Shown here: in pieces, positions 5,303-9,800 of the stretch | Position numbering within the stretch: the first letter of the stretch is position 1 | Layout of the letters: each line of letters opens with the position of its first letter | Virus record (IMG/VR): IMGVR_UViG_2778261535_000015 | Location: 1-9,800 of that record | DNA from: a virus | Lineage: Duplodnaviria > Heunggongvirae > Uroviricota > Caudoviricetes | DNA: 9,800 bases | Reading direction: 5' to 3' (one strand) | Translations under genes and position numbers: made by a program | The notes under the pieces: model-generated | Database searches by the model: none | What the model was told of the DNA's origin: nothing | Seen by the model: only the letters and a program-made list of their open reading frames with translations

Positions 5303-7910
5303 CACCGCTTTTGCATGGCCCTGGAACGCGCCGCGCCCAGCTATTGGCCTGTACACCTACGAACCGAAAAAAATCGCCCCGCTTGCAGGGGCGGTGGTAC
5401 ATCATCCAGCCGTAAAAAAACACATCGATCACATCTTCAAACGCGCCGGTTACAACCCCGACGAGGTTCGGGACCGTAACGCGCTTATCCAGGCGCTGGA
5501 CAGGTACGAACCGTGCGGCCTGCTACTGGCCGCCCATCAAAATATAATCCGGCAGGAAATGGAAGCCGCTAAAGCTACGACGGCAGCCTGGGTCAATACG
5601 CCGGAAGGTGTCGAAGCGCGTTTATTATCAGAGCCGTTCTTCATTCGTGAAGTCTGGCGTAAAAAAATTGAGTGGTTACGGGTCAACCGTGAAACCAGAC
5701 ACACCAATGATTTTCTTATGGGGACCGTGAAAAAATCATTGCTGCGTCTTGATGTTGTACGCACAAGGCAAGGTGTTTCGCCTGATATCACCGGCGAACT
5801 GGCTGCGTACTGGTTCGGGCGCTGGCAACGTCTGGCTGATTTCACAAAGCGGGAAGCACTGAGCGCCGCTAATGAGATCGCCAGCCGCATGGCTGAAATG
5901 CTGGGGACGGAATGCGAAGCCCTGGGACGGAATGTTTCAGACATGAACGTCGAAGAATTGGACTGGCTTTATTGCCACCTGGGCCGCGAAATGCTGGCGC
6001 TTCGCATTGTACCGCCTGCATGGTATGCGCCGTGGGAACGCGAGCGCATATGCACGGCCATTTTGCGTATGGCTTCGCCTGACTGGTGGGGGCGTAAAAT
6101 CTGGCGCTTGCGTTGTGACTGGCGCGAGAACCAGCTGCGTGCTGTTGGCGCGGTAAATAAAAAAGCGCACGCCTACGTTAGCGTTTCCAGCCTGATCGAG
6201 TGGCAGGAACAGCGCCGTAAAAACCGGGATTTTTTCAAAAGTCATGAACTGGTAGACGAAGACGGCAACGTTTCGTCGCTTGAGGAAATGATTAATAAAT
6301 CCACGTCTAACCCGGCTATTCGTCGCCATGAGCTTATGGCCCGAATGGCTGGGGTTGAGCTTGTCGCCCAAAGTCGCGGCGATGTTGGCATCTTCCTGAC
6401 CATCACTTGCCCGTCGAAATATCACAGTAATATTGCGTCCGGCCACCATAACGCCAAATGGAATCATTCCACCGTCGCCCAGGCGCAGCGCTATTTATGC
6501 CGAGTATGGAACCGGGCAACCGCCAAACTGAAACGCGAAGATTTGCGCCCTTACGGCTTCCGCGTCGCTGAGCCGCATCATGATGGGACACCACACTGGC
6601 ACGCATTGCTATTTATGCCACAAGAGCAAGTTAAAGCCACGGTTGCGATCCTTCGCGCCTACTTCATTGCGGAAGACCGCGACGAGCTGGGCCGCAATAC
6701 CGGTGCTCGTTTCAAGTCAAAAAAAATGGACCCACGGAAAGGGTCAGCAACGGCGTATATCGCGAAATACATTTCGAAGAATATCGACGGCCACGCGCTG
6801 GCCGGTGAACTGGACGACGAAAGCGGCAAGCCGCTGAATGAAACAGCCAAATATGCAATGGCCTGGGCGTCACTTCACCGCATCCGCCAGTTTCAGCCCA
6901 TCGGACAGCCGCCCATATCGGTTTACCGCGAGCTGCGCAAACTGAGCAATCAGATCACGACCCGCCAGAAAATTGACAATACCTTCAAGCGCGGTGCGCC
7001 GTTGCTTGTGGATCCTGCAATGGATGCGGTTTGCGCCGCTGCCGATGTCGGGTGCTTTGCTACCTACATCATCCGCCAGGGTGGTGTTTTGATCCCGCGT
7101 GAAAACTATGTCGTCCGTCTGGCCTATCAGCCAGCTGATGAAATGAATGCTTATTGTGAGATCCCCGAAAAGGTTTTCGGGGTCTGGTCGCCGCGTCTGG
7201 GTGATGCCTCCCGTATTTGCACCCGTCTGGTTAAGTGGAAAATCCGCGCCAAATCCAAAGCTACCACCGAGGCCAAAAATGGCCCCGGTTTGGGGGTTGA
7301 CCTTTTGCCGTCGCCAACCGGCGACGCTTGGAGTTCTGTCAATAACTCTACGGAAGCCGAAAAAATCACCAATTTTTCGCCTGATGTGGAGGATATGACA
7401 GAAGAGTCAGAAGAAGAAATCGTCGATTTTGAAAATTTGGACCAGTCAACGCGGCGCAAATTGATGCGGCGACTACGTGAAACACCATTCAAAAGGCAGA
7501 AAAGCGGATCGCCTTACGAGCTAGGAAGCGAATTAGATGCCGCCTGGCGTTCTGCCGTGGAAAAAACCGAGGCCAGATCGGCGGCTGAAAAAGCCAAGCG
7601 GGCAGTTCTTGCCCCTGCGGTTGCCAGTCTGCTGGCTGATGCGGCGTTGTGTTTGGTTGAGATTTCAGAGATTCAGGCCGTTTCGCTGTTAATGGGGAGC
7701 CGTCTGGCTATTGGCGGAAAAGTTTATCAGGCCAGTGCTGGCGGACAGTTGATAACGCGTCAATTGCCTGATGAGTCACGGACGGTGAAAAAATTATGGG
7801 AACGTTTACGGGATAACCACGGCATTGATGCCACGCGCCTGCGGTTTGATCCGGTCGGGGAGTATCAAAAAATGCTGGCGGATGCGGAAGATTACCACCA
7901 AAAAGAATGA
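5295..7910 (+). CDS. A: Rolling-circle replication initiation endonuclease, P2 gpA-like (HUH superfamily)
   Basis: HUH metal-binding motif EPHHDGTPHWHALLF (about 6580-6612). Paired catalytic tyrosines in ATAYIAKYISKN (Tyr codons at 6756-6758 and 6768-6770), resembling the phiX174/P2 gpA active site. The ORF track starts at the GTG at 5277; the ATG at 5295 is preferred because it overlaps the upstream stop. Position after the early genes matches P2 gene A. Confidence 0.9.
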   Translation: MSDTAFAWPWNAPRPAIGLYTYEPKKIAPLAGAVVHHPAVKKHIDHIFKRAGYNPDEVRDRNALIQALDRYEPCGLLLAAHQNIIRQEMEAAKATTAAWVNTPEGVEARLLSEPFFIREVWRKKIEWLRVNRETRHTNDFLMGTVKKSLLRLDVVRTRQGVSPDITGELAAYWFGRWQRLADFTKREALSAANEIASRMAEMLGTECEALGRNVSDMNVEELDWLYCHLGREMLALRIVPPAWYAPWERERICTAILRMASPDWWGRKIWRLRCDWRENQLRAVGAVNKKAHAYVSVSSLIEWQEQRRKNRDFFKSHELVDEDGNVSSLEEMINKSTSNPAIRRHELMARMAGVELVAQSRGDVGIFLTITCPSKYHSNIASGHHNAKWNHSTVAQAQRYLCRVWNRATAKLKREDLRPYGFRVAEPHHDGTPHWHALLFMPQEQVKATVAILRAYFIAEDRDELGRNTGARFKSKKMDPRKGSATAYIAKYISKNIDGHALAGELDDESGKPLNETAKYAMAWASLHRIRQFQPIGQPPISVYRELRKLSNQITTRQKIDNTFKRGAPLLVDPAMDAVCAAADVGCFATYIIRQGGVLIPRENYVVRLAYQPADEMNAYCEIPEKVFGVWSPRLGDASRICTRLVKWKIRAKSKATTEAKNGPGLGVDLLPSPTGDAWSSVNNSTEAEKITNFSPDVEDMTEESEEEIVDFENLDQSTRRKLMRRLRETPFKRQKSGSPYELGSELDAAWRSAVEKTEARSAAEKAKRAVLAPAVASLLADAALCLVEISEIQAVSLLMGSRLAIGGKVYQASAGGQLITRQLPDESRTVKKLWERLRDNHGIDATRLRFDPVGEYQKMLADAEDYHQKE

Positions 7911-7999
7911 ATTCAATCACGCTATCCGTCGCAGCTGGTTGTGTCGGTTGGTGTGATTCTGCGGGGATGGGTGGTGCAGTGCTCGAATTGATAGGAAGT

Positions 8000-8249
8000 T
8001 GCATGTAACATTTTTCTACGAAGCGCGATAAATTAATAATTCTAAAATGAGTCTGTCAGGTTACTCAACTAAGAGTTCTGCTAACTTATCCGCATTTCTG
8101 TCATTCTTAAGGGTAGAAGACCTATCAAAAAATTGAATTAGTGTATATCTCACATCACCACACTGTGGCTGTAGATAAATGTTACTATTTTGTATATCGT
8201 AGTTGTCACTTATTCAAAATGGTTACACCTAAAAATTTCAAGGTAGAAA
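8000..8249 (+). promoter_or_regulatory. AT-rich leader / putative promoter region for the cargo gene
   Basis: Abrupt composition shift near 8000. Multiple TTGnnn and TAtAnT-like hexamers, and a weak AAGGTAG ribosome-binding site before the ATG at 8250. No single -35/-10 pair could be assigned confidently. Confidence 0.3.
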
Positions 8250-9800
8250 ATGGACGAGCATATTTCTGAATTCCTTTTTAATAATTACCGTGAAGACAAT
8301 CATGCAATGAAACTATTAGCTTGGTTGGTTATTGATAAGAATAATACAGCGAATCGGATTACGGCTCGCCTCAAGCATGCAGTTGAAAATCAAAAAGTAA
8401 TAACAAAGCCTCGTTTTATTCGCAGAGTTGATAAGTATCATAAATTTTATAATTTGAACCGGCCTCAACCGCTAAATGTATTAAACTCAAGTAAAAGAAT
8501 TCACTCATTACAGGTTTGTGATTTTCGAGGTTTTGGGCGTCTCACGGATGAAGATTTAGGTGTGAAATTTAAATTTAATAAGTTAAATAATATTTTCTTT
8601 GCTCCCAATGGAGGTGGAAAAAGTAGTTTGTGTGAGGTTCTTGAATATCAAACGACAGGTGATATTAAAGAGGCCGGTAGAAGAAAAACTTCAATAAAAA
8701 ATTATATACGAAGAAATGGGAAACATATTATAAGCTTATTAGATCATACTGGTAAGCCTATTCAAGCAAATCCAGATTATAAGTATAATTTTATAGATAG
8801 AAACAGACTGCAAGAATTTTCATTGTTAGGGTCTAATGATACAAAATTTGGTGAGAGGGATGTCCTTGCGGCTCTAGTTGGATTGGAAAATTTTGATGAT
8901 TTTTTATCAATGCTAGTTGCGCCAAGAAGTTTTAATGCCCTTAGTTTTATTAAAAATGAGCATGCGAATAAACTGGAATCTCTTGAGTCTCAGCTTGAAA
9001 GACTAAGGATAAGCTCTTCTGAAAATAACGCTGAACTAAGATCTATTAAATCAGAAATTATAAAATCTCTTGGCTGTGACTTTAAAAATCTTAGCGAGAG
9101 ATACATTGATAATGTTGTTAGAATAAAGTTGCCTCATATTAAAAAATATCATTTGAAATTGAATGAAAAAAAAGAACAGTTAAAAAAAGGGATTCCTTCA
9201 GTAGAGATTCCTTTAGAACATTCTCGCAGGATTTTGGCTATATTATGTAATTTATTGCAGAAAAAGAAAAGAATAGAGACAAAACTCAATGAGATTGTTT
9301 ATGATGCTAATAGCATTGCATTATTTAAATTGTCCAAGAAAATATTGACCGAACAGAAGTATAGTGCTTGTCCTCTTTGTAATACATCTTTAGCCGAAGT
9401 GAATAAAGATCCATTAGTTAACGCTATAGATATACTAAACTCTTATGTGCATGTTACAAACTTACAAACATGTCTCAATGAAACTTTAGCACTTATTCAG
9501 AAGTTTACTACTATAGTGTCAGATGCTTTGAGAGCATTTCTTATTTCACCTGTTAATGTAAATGTTGATTGTGATTTTAAAGCGCTGGCAGATATATCAA
9601 ATAATATAAGTGTAAGTAATGACGATGTAATTCTAGGTTATATGCTGTCTTTAGATGATATTTTAAAGTCATGTGGTACATTAGATTTGTATAATGAGAA
9701 AGCTAAACAACATAATGTAATAATAAAAAAAACGGAGAATACATTAAAAAAAATAATTTCAAGAATCAACATCTCTCAAGTTTCAGTATATTATATTTAA
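8250..9800 (+). CDS. Hotspot cargo protein: P-loop (ABC/SMC/Rad50-like) ATPase, 516 aa; candidate anti-phage defence gene
   Basis: Line counts give 19/60 and 13/60 G+C within this gene against 37/60 inside gene A. Walker A FFAPNGGGKSSLCEVLEY (about 8601-8650) is preceded by the beta-strand pattern IHSLQVCDFRGFG typical of RecF/SbcC/SMC heads. A coiled-coil-like region follows (LESLESQLERLRISSSENNAELRSIKSEI). CPLC motif at 9369-9380. Stop TAA at 9798-9800. Sits directly downstream of gene A. Confidence 0.75.
   Translation: MDEHISEFLFNNYREDNHAMKLLAWLVIDKNNTANRITARLKHAVENQKVITKPRFIRRVDKYHKFYNLNRPQPLNVLNSSKRIHSLQVCDFRGFGRLTDEDLGVKFKFNKLNNIFFAPNGGGKSSLCEVLEYQTTGDIKEAGRRKTSIKNYIRRNGKHIISLLDHTGKPIQANPDYKYNFIDRNRLQEFSLLGSNDTKFGERDVLAALVGLENFDDFLSMLVAPRSFNALSFIKNEHANKLESLESQLERLRISSSENNAELRSIKSEIIKSLGCDFKNLSERYIDNVVRIKLPHIKKYHLKLNEKKEQLKKGIPSVEIPLEHSRRILAILCNLLQKKKRIETKLNEIVYDANSIALFKLSKKILTEQKYSACPLCNTSLAEVNKDPLVNAIDILNSYVHVTNLQTCLNETLALIQKFTTIVSDALRAFLISPVNVNVDCDFKALADISNNISVSNDDVILGYMLSLDDILKSCGTLDLYNEKAKQHNVIIKKTENTLKKIISRINISQVSVYYI

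Larger units (their letters stand above)
476..9800. mobile_element. P2-like prophage, integrase-proximal arm; continues past the right edge of the window
   Basis: Gene order int(-), C(-), cox(+), early ORFs, dam, gpA-like replication initiator, then AT-rich cargo matches P2/186-type organisation. The left boundary is approximate. Confidence 0.8.

Noticed and set aside
4972-5432. Minus-strand ORFs (4972-5316 and 5229-5432) across the dam / 73-aa ORF / gene A junction
   Set aside because: Antisense to three coupled plus-strand genes; Arg/Ala/Ser-rich spurious frames.
5537-7492. Several minus-strand ORFs (5537-5944, 5937-6467, 6403-6606, 6659-6850, 7151-7492) and plus-strand ORFs (6580-6837, 7147-7398) inside gene A
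   Set aside because: All lie within the 2.6-kb gpA-like CDS, which has clear catalytic motifs. GC-rich DNA commonly yields long antisense or off-frame ORFs.
7911-8000. Intrinsic terminator after gene A
   Set aside because: Only a weak 4-bp stem (ATGT..ACAT) followed by TTTTT near 8005-8025. Too weak to call; termination here is unresolved.
7708-8004. 98-aa minus-strand ORF spanning the gene A 3' end and the start of the AT-rich region
   Set aside because: Mostly antisense to gene A, Pro-rich and without a ribosome-binding site. The remaining gap after gene A is too short and too poorly supported to call a gene.
8047-8136. 29-aa plus-strand micro-ORF (MSLSGYSTKSSANLSAFL...) in the AT-rich leader
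   Set aside because: No ribosome-binding site and very short. AT-rich DNA has few stop-free stretches, but nothing argues for function; kept as leader sequence.
1-9800. CRISPR arrays, IS elements / transposase genes, rRNA genes
   Set aside because: No regularly spaced direct repeats, no terminal inverted repeats flanking a transposase-like ORF, and no rRNA-like conserved sequence observed.

Overview
This window appears to be the left (integrase-proximal) arm of a P2-like temperate prophage in an enterobacterial genome, ending in a sharply AT-rich cargo gene. All calls rest on reading the translated ORFs and the sequence by eye; no searches were run. In order: a small host-side lipoprotein gene (1-318), a probable att region (about 380-500), integrase and C repressor on the minus strand, then a plus-strand early operon (cox, several small ORFs, a Dam-family methyltransferase, and an HUH rolling-circle initiator of the P2 gpA type). 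Two regions are compositionally foreign to this roughly 55-60% G+C backbone. The main candidate for a new system is the gene at 8250-9800 (about 25-32% G+C on the 60-nt lines I counted), which encodes a 516-aa P-loop ATPase with an SMC/Rad50-like N-terminal head and a mid-protein CPLC motif. It sits directly after gene A, where P2 carries tin/old and where anti-phage systems are known to cluster. The second is a convergent low-GC gene pair (2449-2796 plus, 2801-3280 minus) inserted into the early operon between cox and the downstream replication genes. I could not assign either to a named defence family from sequence alone.
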